From an uncultured Chlamydiae bacterium (GTDB lineage Bacteria; Chlamydiota; Chlamydiia; Chlamydiales; Parachlamydiaceae), in the NCBI GenBank assembly GCA_963754655.1, contig CAVWGN010000001.1:1088001-1152000 (forward strand): a stretch of 64,000 bases of DNA, read 5' to 3'. Positions 49,613 to 61,020 of the stretch are shown in pieces (positions within the stretch are counted from its first letter, which is position 1; every line of letters begins with the position of its first letter). The notes beneath the pieces were generated by a model, which was given only the letters and a program-made list of their open reading frames with translations, had not been told where the DNA came from and searched no databases. A program made the position numbers and the translations under genes.

Positions 49613-50869
49613 TTAGGGAATAAAATAAATTAAGACCTTATCGACCCGACGTCCATCCATTTTAACCACTTTAAAGCGGAACTTATTCCAAGTAAAAGCA
49701 TCCCCTACTTTGGGAATGCTTCCAATCTGTCGCATACAAAATCCGCCTAAGGTGCGATAAGTGCCCTTTTCCTCTTCTGGCAGCGCCTCAATATCAAATT
49801 GTTCCTTAAGTTCATCGATGGGAATCATACCATCGACTAGCCAAGAACCATCTTTGCGTTGAACAATCTGTGTTTCAGGTAAAATGGAACTTGAGGGAAC
49901 ATCGCCCACAATAGATTCAAGAACGTCATGTAACGTAATCAGTCCTTGGATACCTCCATACTCATCTGTAACAAGAGCAATGTGATCAGGTCTTTTTTTA
50001 AAGATTTCGAGCAACTGAACCACCCGCATATTTTCCGGCACAAAAATCGAAGGTTTAATGACTGCTTTAAGATCCAAAGTTCCGCTTGTTAGCATTTGAT
50101 TAAGAATATCTTTTGAAGTGACAAGCCCAATGACTTCGTCCAGTTCTCTATCGCAGACAGGAAAGCGATTATGAGGAGAGATATTTAATTGCTTGCGTAA
50201 ATTTTCTGAACAAATGTTAATATCAATCCATTCGATATCCATGCGTGGAATCATCAGAATATTGATACGCCGATTGCCCAGGCGGAAAATGCTTTCTACC
50301 ATATCATGCTCAATCTCTTTGATAACACCCGCTTGAGTTCCCTCTTCTAAGATCAGTTTTATTTCTTCTCCTGTAATTTTTTCTTGGGTTTTCCCGCGCG
50401 ATAGGAGCCGTGCAATGTATTCGAAAGAGATAACGAAAGGATAAGTCATTGTAATCAGAAATCTAATGGCATAGGCAGTAAAAGGTGCTAGTTTTTTCCA
50501 ATAAAGAGCTCCCAATGTTTTGGGGATCATCTCAGTGAAAAACAGCATGGTGAGCGTTAATAAAACTGAAACTAGGGCAAGCCACTTTTCGCCATAAATT
50601 TCGCTTACCTGAGCCCCTACACCAGCTGCTCCAAAAGTGTGCGCTGCAGTATTGAGAGTTAAAATTGCTGCTAGAGGGCGATCAATGCGTGTTTTTAAAT
50701 CGCCTAGAATTTGTCCGACTGCGGGCTTTTTTTTCTTTAGCAAGGCGACATAGCCATTTGTGCAGCAAAGCAATACAGATTCTAAAATGGAACAGGTAAA
50801 AGAAAAAAAGTGCGAGGTAAGGTAATAAAAAAGTAAAATTGTCATATGATTGGTTGGTTGCTTTATCAT
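49613..50869 (-). CDS. CNNM/CorC-HlyC family protein (DUF21-CBS-CBS-CorC)
   Basis: ILTLNT, EMIPKT, HNRFPV, VTDEYGG, TLGGF. Confidence 0.9.
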   Translation of the reverse strand: MIKQPTNHMTILLFYYLTSHFFSFTCSILESVLLCCTNGYVALLKKKKPAVGQILGDLKTRIDRPLAAILTLNTAAHTFGAAGVGAQVSEIYGEKWLALVSVLLTLTMLFFTEMIPKTLGALYWKKLAPFTAYAIRFLITMTYPFVISFEYIARLLSRGKTQEKITGEEIKLILEEGTQAGVIKEIEHDMVESIFRLGNRRINILMIPRMDIEWIDINICSENLRKQLNISPHNRFPVCDRELDEVIGLVTSKDILNQMLTSGTLDLKAVIKPSIFVPENMRVVQLLEIFKKRPDHIALVTDEYGGIQGLITLHDVLESIVGDVPSSSILPETQIVQRKDGSWLVDGMIPIDELKEQFDIEALPEEEKGTYRTLGGFCMRQIGSIPKVGDAFTWNKFRFKVVKMDGRRVDKVLIYFIP

Positions 50870-51057
50870 GCCTCAATTGCATGAGAAGAACTTGCATGGA
50901 AAGCAACAAAGTGACCTATTTTAATAGACATTTAGGTTAATCTTATCAACCTAAATGCCTTGTAAGTGAAGATCGAAAACCAGTACTCCTTTTTTATTTG
51001 ACATAGTCTAACATATTTTTATATACAAAGTAAATATTTCATTTTCTATTTTATTTT

Positions 51058-52230
51058 CTATACTATAGATTCATTCTTTTTTAAAGAGACTTTTTTCTTG
51101 CTAGAAGAAGAACTTAAAGAAGAAGAGGAGCTTACAGAGGTCTCTTCTATACTTTTGGAGATCTTTTTGATTCCTTCTTTGGAATCAATGCGCCATCCCA
51201 TAGCAGTATCAAAAAATGCTACATGATATTTAAGATTGAACCGTTGTGCGACTAACTCTTTATAACAGGCAACTTTTTGAGTATAGTCTAACTGAGGACT
51301 GAAAAGATCCTTCTCTTCTAGCTGCAGAGTTTCTTCTGTTGAATTAGCCTTCTGTTCATTTATCCATTCGTCTTCTGATGAACGTTTCTTTGTTTTAACA
51401 ACGGGGAGATAATGCATAGAGAGGGATTGATCCAAAGGATTGATCGTATTTTTATCTTTATTGATCATATTTTTATCTTTTAGGGTAGGCTCTAGATTTT
51501 TTAGTCCGATTCGCAAAGGGTCAGTGGGCGGCAACATTTGAATTAAATGAGAAATCATATGGCAGTAAACGTCTTCTCGTCGATAATAAGAAGGAAGATT
51601 CTCATACTCATTCAAGCAGGCACTAATGCATTCATCTAGATTTTTAGTCGAGCCCAAATTGATAATGGTGTGCTGCAAAAGAGGCGGCTTAGTATGCGAT
51701 TGATATTCTTCTAACAATTGCTCTTCCATCTGCTTGATCTCTTTCAATTGTTTAAGAAATTTTTTAAATATTTGAGCATGTTCTACTCCCTCTTTATTGA
51801 GCTTAGCCAATGAACCACTCTCTTCAAAGTCGAAGGTTGTTTTTGCTTCATAAATTGTGGTTGCTGAATCGAATGTCTCTCCTAAAGCAAATAGGCCTAC
51901 CCCGATCCATTTTGCTGTTATATTATCTGCTACAAGGGCAACGATAGCCCCTGAAATAGAACAGACCTTGGAAGTTCCATTTAATAAACTCAAAATCCAA
52001 ATTGTTTTCCTTGAGGGCGAACAACAACTTCCTTTCTCCAGTTCCTCTTCGCGTGTCTTTACAGCTTCAGCGAACGCGCTTAAACGTTTGACTTCTGCTT
52101 TTACAGTTTGATAAATTTTGCTTATATCTTCTTTTGTAAGATCTGTTGTGTTAACCTTGTCATTAAAGACCTTTACTTGATTCTCAAAAGCACTATAGCT
52201 CTGTTGCCATTCTTGAATATTAACGCTCAT
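51058..52230 (-). CDS. Hypothetical protein, Inc-like/effector candidate
   Basis: Coiled-coil-like segments around a two-lobed, moderately hydrophobic stretch; Ser/Lys-rich tail. Confidence 0.55.
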   Translation of the reverse strand: MSVNIQEWQQSYSAFENQVKVFNDKVNTTDLTKEDISKIYQTVKAEVKRLSAFAEAVKTREEELEKGSCCSPSRKTIWILSLLNGTSKVCSISGAIVALVADNITAKWIGVGLFALGETFDSATTIYEAKTTFDFEESGSLAKLNKEGVEHAQIFKKFLKQLKEIKQMEEQLLEEYQSHTKPPLLQHTIINLGSTKNLDECISACLNEYENLPSYYRREDVYCHMISHLIQMLPPTDPLRIGLKNLEPTLKDKNMINKDKNTINPLDQSLSMHYLPVVKTKKRSSEDEWINEQKANSTEETLQLEEKDLFSPQLDYTQKVACYKELVAQRFNLKYHVAFFDTAMGWRIDSKEGIKKISKSIEETSVSSSSSLSSSSSKKKVSLKKNESIV

Positions 52231-52581
52231 AGATAACCTTCCTTTAATAACTCGCTCTTTAGGACTTATAGTGAACGATAAGTGTTTAAATGCTTACTCA
52301 AATCTAACAGAAACATTAGCGAAGTTGAAGAGCAATCCGTAAGGAAAGAAAATAAATGATAGAATAAATCCACGAGAGCGAGTCTGTCTATTGATTTTAA
52401 CTCCACTCTCCTTATCCTCCTTTTTCTTATTTTTTAAAATTATTTTTTTTGTCATTCTTATCAGTGTTCGAATAGTTTGTGAAAAGCTCATTTTTTGAGA
52501 GAATCAGTTGAGTTTATTAAATAAAAAATATATATAAAACTTCTTATCAATAACAGAACCCTTTAAGTTAGAACTTATTTT

Positions 52582-54648
52582 ATGACTGCAAGACCTCTTT
52601 ACACCAATCGCTTGATTCATCAGAAATCGCCCTACCTTTTGCAGCATGCCCACAATCCCGTCGATTGGTATCCTTGGGGAGAGGAAGCTTTTCAGGCCGC
52701 TAAAGACCAAGATAAACCGATTTTCTTATCTATTGGTTATGCCACTTGTCATTGGTGTCACGTGATGGAACGTGAATCTTTTGAGAATGTAGAAGTTGCT
52801 CAACTGATGAATCAAACCTTCATCAATATCAAAGTGGATCGTGAAGAACTTCCTGATGTCGACAGCTTATATATGGAGTTTGCGCAGAGCATGATGGCGG
52901 GTGCAGCAGGTTGGCCATTGAACGTTCTTTTAACTCCCGAACTTGAACCTTTTTTTGCTGCAACTTATCTTCCTCCTTACAGCAGCCATGGCTTGATGGG
53001 ACTGATAGATCTTATCCAGCGCATTGGCGAATTGTGGTCGAGTGAAGAGAGAAATAAAATCTTAAGCCAGGCGGAAAAGATTGTAGAACTATTTTCGCAT
53101 ACCGTTCATACTAAGGGAGAAGAGTTGCCAGAGCCGGAACAGGTGATAGCAACTGCTGAACTTCTTTATAAAATGGCTGACCCTGTTTATGGGGGAATTA
53201 AAGGGGCACCTAAATTTCCCATTGGTTATCAATACAGCTTTCTTATGCATTATTATAAAGCCACTAAAGATAACCGGGCCCTTTTCCTCGTCGAGCGGAC
53301 ATTGGATATGATGCATCGAGGAGGAATTTATGATCACTTAGGCGGTGGATTTTCTCGCTATAGCGTTGATGAAAGATGGATTGTTCCTCATTTTGAGAAA
53401 ATGTTGTACGATAACGCGATTCTTGCGCAGAGTTTTCTCGAAGCTTGGCAATTAACGAAAAGACCTCTTTATCGACAAGTTTGCGAAGAAATACTAGGCT
53501 ATATTTTACGTGATATGACCCATCCCGATGGGGGATTTTATTCTGCAGAAGATGCAGATTCAGAAGGACATGAAGGATTATTTTATACTTGGCTTTATGA
53601 AGAAGTCATGCAAATTTTGGGAAAAGAGGGAGAATTATTTTGTGCATTTTATGACATTAAACCCGCGGGGAATTTTGAGAATCGCAATATTTTAAATACT
53701 CCACTATCTTTAGACGAATTTGCAGCTCAGCATCATTTGAAATCGGAGGATTTACGTCTTAAGTTTGCATCTCAACGGGATAAGCTTTGGCAAGTCAGGG
53801 AAAAGCGAATTCACCCTTTAAAGGATGACAAGATTTTAAGTGGATGGAATGGCCTCATGATTTATACGTTAGCCGAGGCTGGCAAGGTTTTCCAATATGA
53901 ACCTTATCTAAAAGCCGCTCTCAAAGCCGCACGTTTTATAAAGAAGTATTTATGGCAGGATCAGGAGCTTTTAAGGAGATGGCGCGATGGGCAAGCAATG
54001 TTTGCCGGAAGCTTGGATGAATATGCCTTTATGATTCGTGGCATCTTGTCTCTTTTTGAAGCTAATGCAGGCATTGAATGGTTAGAATGGGCAATGGAAA
54101 TGACTCAAAAATTAAAAGAGCTCTATAAAGAGGAAGAGGGAGCTTTTTATCAAACAGATGGCTCAGATAAAAATTTAATTTTGCGTCGCTGTCAATTTTC
54201 AGATGGTGCTGAACCTTCTGGTAATGCGATTCATGCTGAAAATCTTCTTAGACTTTACCAACTGACACAGCAGGCAGATTATTTGCAGCAAGCAGAAGAT
54301 ATTTTTAAAGGAGTAAAGGATTATTTGGAAAATTATCCTATAGGTTATTGTTACCATGTCATGAGTTTGCAGCGCTATTACGATAGAAAAGCGCCTACTT
54401 TTGTCATTGCTCTCAATTCTAAAAAAGAATATGAGGCAGAATTAAAACAAAAACTGAGCAAGCAATTTATTCCTCATCAGGCTGTCATTTGGCAAACACA
54501 CGATGTCGAATTAGAGGAACTTCTTCCATTTACCCAAGAACAAAATGCTCGAAATGATCGTACTACCCTTTATATTTGCTACGAAGGAGTGTGTCAAAAG
54601 CCGTTGAATAAGCTATCTGAGATGTATGAAGCCATAGAAAAACTTTAA
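52582..54648 (+). CDS. Thioredoxin domain DUF255 (YyaL/SPATA20-like) protein
   Basis: NRL...[37 protein letters not shown]. Confidence 0.93.
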   Translation: MTARPLYTNRLIHQKSPYLLQHAHNPVDWYPWGEEAFQAAKDQDKPIFLSIGYATCHWCHVMERESFENVEVAQLMNQTFINIKVDREELPDVDSLYMEFAQSMMAGAAGWPLNVLLTPELEPFFAATYLPPYSSHGLMGLIDLIQRIGELWSSEERNKILSQAEKIVELFSHTVHTKGEELPEPEQVIATAELLYKMADPVYGGIKGAPKFPIGYQYSFLMHYYKATKDNRALFLVERTLDMMHRGGIYDHLGGGFSRYSVDERWIVPHFEKMLYDNAILAQSFLEAWQLTKRPLYRQVCEEILGYILRDMTHPDGGFYSAEDADSEGHEGLFYTWLYEEVMQILGKEGELFCAFYDIKPAGNFENRNILNTPLSLDEFAAQHHLKSEDLRLKFASQRDKLWQVREKRIHPLKDDKILSGWNGLMIYTLAEAGKVFQYEPYLKAALKAARFIKKYLWQDQELLRRWRDGQAMFAGSLDEYAFMIRGILSLFEANAGIEWLEWAMEMTQKLKELYKEEEGAFYQTDGSDKNLILRRCQFSDGAEPSGNAIHAENLLRLYQLTQQADYLQQAEDIFKGVKDYLENYPIGYCYHVMSLQRYYDRKAPTFVIALNSKKEYEAELKQKLSKQFIPHQAVIWQTHDVELEELLPFTQEQNARNDRTTLYICYEGVCQKPLNKLSEMYEAIEKL

Positions 54649-54742
54649 AGTGAATCATTTAACGTCAAATTTTGCAACTAAACATTTCTCTAAAAGCTCA
54701 TAATTTGTATAATGGAATCGTTTTAATTAGCAGTGGCAAATA

Positions 54743-56824
54743 ATGACAACCATTCGTAAAACTCTTATAGATATTCTTGAATCTCAAGCTTTTGATCGGT
54801 TAGAGCCTTTCAAACAATTCGCTGTATGGAAAAGCTTTACGCAAGATGAACGTGTCCTTTTGGCTCGCCTGTTGGTAATGCAGGGAGCTCATCAATTGGC
54901 GCAAGGTAATCATCAAGCACTAGAAAGCTTTGACGCTGCGGGACAAATCTCTTCAAATGCTCCCGACATTTTATATCAGCAAGGCAGTGTTTTAAGTGGT
55001 TATCGAGAAAATATCAGATGTTTAACTCTTGCTTGTCAATCACTTGCGCGTGCTTTACAGCAAGATCCATTCCTTTTTAAAGCGTGGTATCTCCGTGCAG
55101 AAGTTTTGATTGATATTGGACTTTTTGAAGGAGAAGCTTCCTATTTTGTGGAGGCGCATCAATGCTTTGAAAGAGCTTATTCTATTCTTGAGAAAGCCGA
55201 AGAGCCGTTTCGTCAAGAGGATTTTTTTTGGAAATGGGGCTTATGCTTAGCTTCTTTGGGTAAAGTTTCAGGAGAACCTTTAGATTTTCATCGGTCAATT
55301 GAAAAATATCGTCATTGTTATGAACTGGGCTGCCAAGAAGCAAAGTTCTTTAATGATTTTGGGCATAGTTTAGCCGATTTGGCTTCTCTTTTAGATAAAC
55401 CAGAATACTTTGCCGAGGCCCTTATCCTTTTTAATCGAGCCGTTCGTCAAGATTCCCATCCCTTTGATGGATGGTATAATCAAGCCTGCTGCATTCAGAG
55501 TTTAGCGGAATACAAGATCGATGAAAAATTATTAGAGCAAGCTGACTACAGTTTTCAAAGAGCTGCTGAAATTAATCCTCAACATAGCCAGGTTTGGCTT
55601 AAATGGGGACAGCTTGAAATGACAATTGGAAAGGTAAAACGGGATCAGCACAGGATAGAAGCGAGTTTGTTGAAATTTGCTCATGCGCATCAATTAGAGC
55701 TTGGACATCCTCAAGTTTTAAGTAGTTGGGCAGAAGCTGAACTTTTTCTAGGTGCTCAGGAAGATAGATTAGAGCTCATTCACTCTGCTAGGCTCAAGAT
55801 TTTAAATAGCTTAGAAATTCAGCCAGAAGATCCCAATGCATGGTATTTATATGGATCTTGTTTGAGCGAATTAGGACGCTATTTTAACGATGAGGATTAT
55901 TATAACCAAGCAATCGAAAAGTTTCAGTTTGGCCTTTCTCTCACCCGTCAACACCCTCTTCTTTGGTATGGATTGGCTCTCGCGCACTTTGCGTTAGGAG
56001 AGTTAACGGAACAGCAAGCTTTATTTGAAAAAGCAGTCCGTTATTGCTCACGTGTCATCGAATGTGGAGGAGAGGGATTTGCTCAATTTTGGAATGATTG
56101 GGGAGTTGCTCTATTGAAGCTTGCAGAAATGACGCAGCAAGCTTCGCATGTGGAAATGGCAATTGAAAAATTTGAACGTGCTCTTAAACAGCCACTTCAG
56201 GCTGGAGAAGGAGAAGATGTTGATTTAGAATGGATTTATAACTACGGCTGTGCATTTGATCTTTTAGGAGATTTAAAAGAGGAACCTTCTTATTTTGAAA
56301 AGGCAGTTCAAGTCCTGACTCAAATTCTTCAGTTAGATCCCAATTACATTTTAGCACGTTATAATTTAGCACTTGCTTTATCACATTTAGGCGAGGCTAT
56401 GTTTGAAGTTGAGTTTTATCATAAGGCGATTGAACATTTTCAAATTCTCTTAGATCAAAATCCAGAAGATGACATGATTCATTTAGATTTTGGAATGTCT
56501 TTAACCAATCTAGGACTCCTGATTCATGATGCTCATCATCCCGAACGTTCTCAGACGCTTTATCGTCAATCAGAGAACCATCTCATGCAGGCAGCAGCAT
56601 TAGGCAATACACAAGCTTATTATCAGCTGGCTGGTCTGTATTCCATTACAGGACACAATGACCCTGCCATGCATTATCTCGAGCGCGCACAATTTTGCGG
56701 CACATTGCCTAGCATTGACGATTTGTTGCATGATGAGTGGCTGGAGAATTTGAGGCAAACACCCTCTTTTCGACAATTTATCAATGAGCTATCAAGTCAG
56801 CAGCAATCAATGGATGATAAATAG
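54743..56824 (+). CDS. TPR-repeat protein
   Basis: Multiple W..WG..L...A...F..A patterns; C-terminal AYYQLAGLYS...AMHYLE. Confidence 0.8.
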   Translation: MTTIRKTLIDILESQAFDRLEPFKQFAVWKSFTQDERVLLARLLVMQGAHQLAQGNHQALESFDAAGQISSNAPDILYQQGSVLSGYRENIRCLTLACQSLARALQQDPFLFKAWYLRAEVLIDIGLFEGEASYFVEAHQCFERAYSILEKAEEPFRQEDFFWKWGLCLASLGKVSGEPLDFHRSIEKYRHCYELGCQEAKFFNDFGHSLADLASLLDKPEYFAEALILFNRAVRQDSHPFDGWYNQACCIQSLAEYKIDEKLLEQADYSFQRAAEINPQHSQVWLKWGQLEMTIGKVKRDQHRIEASLLKFAHAHQLELGHPQVLSSWAEAELFLGAQEDRLELIHSARLKILNSLEIQPEDPNAWYLYGSCLSELGRYFNDEDYYNQAIEKFQFGLSLTRQHPLLWYGLALAHFALGELTEQQALFEKAVRYCSRVIECGGEGFAQFWNDWGVALLKLAEMTQQASHVEMAIEKFERALKQPLQAGEGEDVDLEWIYNYGCAFDLLGDLKEEPSYFEKAVQVLTQILQLDPNYILARYNLALALSHLGEAMFEVEFYHKAIEHFQILLDQNPEDDMIHLDFGMSLTNLGLLIHDAHHPERSQTLYRQSENHLMQAAALGNTQAYYQLAGLYSITGHNDPAMHYLERAQFCGTLPSIDDLLHDEWLENLRQTPSFRQFINELSSQQQSMDDK

Positions 56825-57169
56825 ACCTGTTTCTTGGAAATTTGCGCATCCCCCTTTAAAGCAAAATCACATTTGCAATCCTTCACTTTGAATGAATACT
56901 AAGTTTGATAAAATGCGTTGTTTAAACAACACTTTCCAATAGGCGCTAATTTTTCCTATTATTAGGCAATCAAAATATCGCATTATTGTCAATTCTAATA
57001 ATGTCCCTTTTAATCAATTTTTTAGGGTTTATATCAATTTATTTAATTTATATTTATTAGTAAATTAATAATTAAAATTAATTAACTTTTTAATTTTAAT
57101 ATTATAAAATAAAAATAGGTAAGTTTAATTTTAATAAGTTGATTCTTTTAATTATGAGTCGGAGTTTTT

Positions 57170-59524
57170 ATGTTTCCAATCTCTGCTCCAAATCCCTTGC
57201 TCCATGTTCCTTTTGACATTGATAATCAAAATGTATTGCATTCTGAGTGGCAAAAAGAACCCGTTACGGCATTTTTCGGAGGAAAAATGCAGCAAATCCG
57301 CGTATTTATCCAGAATGATGGCAATATTGTGCTGCAAAAGGTAGAGCAAACGATGAGGGAGCGATTGTTCAATTTTATTCGCAATTTAGCAGGTCAAAAA
57401 GAAGAAGGAATCTCTATTGTGTCAACTCAAGAAAGTCATCTTGCCAGAGAGATTTCCTCGTTGAAAGAAAAAGAAAAACAATGGTTGCAAGAAATATTGA
57501 ATTCAAAATCTGTTCCCGATATTCCCACTGCGATTAATACATTGATGGAGGAGATTGCAAAGAAAACAGATCAAGAATTTTCTAGTGCTATTCAACAACA
57601 AGGCGCCACACAAATTCCAACTGAATTAGAGGCACCGCCTCAGGTTCCTTCGTTTGCGTTTATTAAGATCACTGATTATGTTAATTCTCATTTAACTGAA
57701 AATCCTGTGATTAATCGGAATATGAAAGCAATGGCTGAAGCATTAGATCAACATGTACAAACAAAATATGCAAAACAAATCAAACATGATATTAAACATG
57801 CACAGCAACGATCACCAGAACCTTTAACAGATAAACAAAAAAAAGCTATTGAGCAAAGAGTGCAAAAAAAATTTCAAGAATCGCTGATATTTTTTACACA
57901 GGTCGATAAGAGAAAAAGCCCTGACAATCCTCTGGAAAGAATGGCTTCTACCTTTGCTTATTTGAATCCTTCTTCCGAAGTTTCTTTCATTGAGGGAAGC
58001 TCTCAATTTGCTGCACAGTTAGCCATCTTGGCATTTGAACAACATCGTGAAAATCCTGAGCAATATGTGTCCCATGGCTTTGATCATTCAATAAATGTTG
58101 CCAATTATATGCGCGCTGTATTGAAAATGAATCCACAGATTGTAGAGGCTATGTCTAGCAAATACAAAATTAGCGAAGGTGAAGCACTCTTTCTGCTCGA
58201 AAATGTTGCTTTCTTGCATGACACGGGCTATCCCTGCGTGGGTCATCGCACTAAAGCTGTTCATGGGATTTCAGGAGCAGATCTCATCCTTTCTATGCAT
58301 CCCATGTTTGATAAAATCATCACATCTCCTGAGGTTGATAAGGAAGTTTTGTTTAACGATTTTCGCAATGCGATTATGTTCCATTCTGCCGATAAAGTTG
58401 AATCGGCATTTGGAGCTAAAATTCAGACGACAATGGGAACCTTCCTTACTGAACCAAAAAATATTGTGACTGTTCTTTCTAATTTTTATGATCCGAAAAA
58501 AAATCCTAGTTATACTCCTCGTTACGCTTTAGAAATTTTCGTACAAAATCCTCAAGAAAAAGAGGAGATTGAAAAGGCTCTTGTTGAGTCCCGGGCAGTA
58601 TTTGAAAGTCTATATGGAAAGACAATTGTTCTTCCTAAAGTGAACATTCATGAAGGACTCTTTCAGGGGCGTTTTGCCGATTTGGAAATCAATAAGGACA
58701 AATTGATTGGATTAGAGTTTAGTGTCACAGATCTCTTAGAAAATCCATTAAATATGATTCGGCTAGTGGATAATATGGACATGCGTAATACGCGATTAAC
58801 TCCCACTCAAAATGAAACCTCATTCAGGGAAATCTATGCTCGTTTAGGCGATCATCAAGGAGTGAGTCAGCTTGCTGTTGAACTTGAAACGTTTGAACGA
58901 CGCATGGACAAAAAAAAACAAGCGATCCCCAAAGAAGATCAAGGCCAACAAGCGCTATTAGCAGAAGAGGTTGAAAAGGGGACTCAAGAAATTCTAAAAC
59001 GTCATTCTTCTCAGATGGAAGGAGATATTTTGGAAAAGCAAGTCAAAAATGCCCTACAATCCAGTTCATTTACTGAAATTAAGACGGTGAAAGAAGCACG
59101 TGATTTATTAAATCAAGTGTTAATTAATGTGATTTTTAAACAAGATCAATGGATGCAACTCCCCATAGAAAAGCAAGAAGATGTGCGTTTCATAGGCATG
59201 CAGCAATCAAGCTATGATTTTCGCCATTTTGGAGGAACCGAAGCAATCACTGAAGTCCAACTAAAGTCGATTCCTCGTTTAGAACCAGAGCCAGGACAAG
59301 GAGATATTCCATGTGTTGTAGTCACTGTGAATCGACAACACTTTGAAGATTTAAATAAAGTCAAAGTGAATGAAGAGGGTATCCTCGTTGGAATTGGTGA
59401 ATATCAAATCTGGCGAGCCAGTGATGCCTATAAAAGCCTCGTTTTGGGAAATACAAAAGTGCAATTACAAATTATGGATGAAGCAGGCTTACTTGTAGAG
59501 TGCATTGTGAATCAACAACAATAG
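57170..59524 (+). CDS. Large protein with split HD-phosphohydrolase-like motifs
   Basis: SHGFDHSINV, FLHDTGY, HGISG, MFHS and distant RLVDNMD. Confidence 0.55.
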   Translation: MFPISAPNPLLHVPFDIDNQNVLHSEWQKEPVTAFFGGKMQQIRVFIQNDGNIVLQKVEQTMRERLFNFIRNLAGQKEEGISIVSTQESHLAREISSLKEKEKQWLQEILNSKSVPDIPTAINTLMEEIAKKTDQEFSSAIQQQGATQIPTELEAPPQVPSFAFIKITDYVNSHLTENPVINRNMKAMAEALDQHVQTKYAKQIKHDIKHAQQRSPEPLTDKQKKAIEQRVQKKFQESLIFFTQVDKRKSPDNPLERMASTFAYLNPSSEVSFIEGSSQFAAQLAILAFEQHRENPEQYVSHGFDHSINVANYMRAVLKMNPQIVEAMSSKYKISEGEALFLLENVAFLHDTGYPCVGHRTKAVHGISGADLILSMHPMFDKIITSPEVDKEVLFNDFRNAIMFHSADKVESAFGAKIQTTMGTFLTEPKNIVTVLSNFYDPKKNPSYTPRYALEIFVQNPQEKEEIEKALVESRAVFESLYGKTIVLPKVNIHEGLFQGRFADLEINKDKLIGLEFSVTDLLENPLNMIRLVDNMDMRNTRLTPTQNETSFREIYARLGDHQGVSQLAVELETFERRMDKKKQAIPKEDQGQQALLAEEVEKGTQEILKRHSSQMEGDILEKQVKNALQSSSFTEIKTVKEARDLLNQVLINVIFKQDQWMQLPIEKQEDVRFIGMQQSSYDFRHFGGTEAITEVQLKSIPRLEPEPGQGDIPCVVVTVNRQHFEDLNKVKVNEEGILVGIGEYQIWRASDAYKSLVLGNTKVQLQIMDEAGLLVECIVNQQQ

Positions 59525-59534
59525 GAGTATAAAC

Positions 59535-60215
59535 ATGAATTCAGAGATGAGAATAGATTCTATAAGGCCCTTTGATTCTCCTTTAGAGCATCAGACACTC
59601 TCCGACCAAATTTTAAATAATTTAGTACGACTATCGGCAAAAGAGAAAGATGAAAAAAAGGTTTTTGTGGAAAATAAAAATACTCCAATTGAAACTTATC
59701 ATTATGGCAATGAATCGGCAAAGATCATCAAGCGATTACATGATGCAACTGTAGGAGAAGAGGGAGGCGAGGTTAGGTATTATGTTGAATGGGTTGATTA
59801 TAGACATTTTCAATGGTGGAAAAATGCTTTGGAAAAACTGCCTATTTATTTTTTAAATATTCCTGTGGATTATTTTGCAAGCGAAGCCGGCTTTCCACAT
59901 CCTGAACTTCTTTTTTCTCCAGAAAAGGTCACAGAACATTATTTGTGGAATCCTCAGAATGCAGATAGGCGAATTGCATGTAAACAATGGGTGGAAGATC
60001 AGGTTGTCAAGATACTGAATCCTAGTCTTTCGCCTGATTACCGAGTTCAATTTTTAGAAGGATATTTTCGATTGATTCCTCTCACACCAGAGGCAATTGA
60101 GAGTCATTTAATAGACAATGGAGCTTACAATAAAGCAAAATCAGTGATAGGTAATGCTATCAAGCCTTTACAAGAGACTTATGAGAGAATGAATAAAAAA
60201 TTGAAGGGAAACTGA
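59535..60215 (+). CDS. Hypothetical protein
   Basis: AGGAG RBS, 10 bp after the upstream gene. Confidence 0.7.
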   Translation: MNSEMRIDSIRPFDSPLEHQTLSDQILNNLVRLSAKEKDEKKVFVENKNTPIETYHYGNESAKIIKRLHDATVGEEGGEVRYYVEWVDYRHFQWWKNALEKLPIYFLNIPVDYFASEAGFPHPELLFSPEKVTEHYLWNPQNADRRIACKQWVEDQVVKILNPSLSPDYRVQFLEGYFRLIPLTPEAIESHLIDNGAYNKAKSVIGNAIKPLQETYERMNKKLKGN

Positions 60216-60268
60216 TAAGCGCGATCAAGTTGACTGCTTTTTTGAAATCGGAAAGAGAAAATGCTAGC

Positions 60269-60901
60269 TTAAAAGCCAAAGCGCTCTTTGCGTACCTGCA
60301 TGAGAAGGATGCCTAAGCGATTTAATCCCTTGCCATCACTTCCATATCCCCAATAAGCATCGAACGGGCTAGCCTCAATTAAATAGCAGGTTCCCGTTTT
60401 GTGCAGCACATTGCTTAAATGTGCATCTTGAAATTTACATCTTAGAATCTCTAACATGATATCTTCTTTGATATCATGCCAATCGGGTCTGCTTAAGTAT
60501 TGATTTTGTTGAGCAATTTGAAAAGCTTCTCGTGAAGTGGGTGTATTCATAATTTGCTGGCGTACATTTTGAGCGTCCTTAGAAGCCCAATTAAATTTTT
60601 CTGCTTGAAAAGCATGTTCTGAAGTTCTCCAGTTAAGGCCTAAATATTGAACACCATGTAACCCATCTTTGCGCCAATTCTCATAAAAATTAGTTAATTC
60701 GTAATAGTGTTCCCCTTTATTATAAAAATAAATGATAGCGTGCTTTTGAATGTTTTCTGGTTCAACCGCAAAAGAATGCATTCTTTTGCTTAAGGCAGGG
60801 CCCCCCGACCGTATATCAATCGCTGCTCGTCGTTCAACATTTGCATTAACTTGAGCAAAAGCAGTGATTGCAAACAACACAACTAAATAAAAATGTTTCA
60901 T
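60269..60901 (-). CDS. NADAR (YbiA-like) protein with signal peptide
   Basis: LTNFY, TSEHAFQAEKF, RPDW..IK..IM, EASPFDAYWG...GLNRLGILLMQVR. Confidence 0.9.
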   Translation of the reverse strand: MKHFYLVVLFAITAFAQVNANVERRAAIDIRSGGPALSKRMHSFAVEPENIQKHAIIYFYNKGEHYYELTNFYENWRKDGLHGVQYLGLNWRTSEHAFQAEKFNWASKDAQNVRQQIMNTPTSREAFQIAQQNQYLSRPDWHDIKEDIMLEILRCKFQDAHLSNVLHKTGTCYLIEASPFDAYWGYGSDGKGLNRLGILLMQVRKERFGF

Positions 60902-61020
60902 ATAAAACCTGTTATTGTATTATAATAAATAATAAATAATGACATGCTTTTTAATTAAAGTAAACAGTTTTAATTATATTAAATTGTTTAATAATAAGGC
61001 TTGTTTTGCCTTAAGCTGTT

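Noticed and set aside
56990..57150. Extremely AT-rich tract as a replication origin
   Set aside because: No DnaA-box cluster or iterons seen; similar tracts precede other accessory genes (e.g. 42280-42390).
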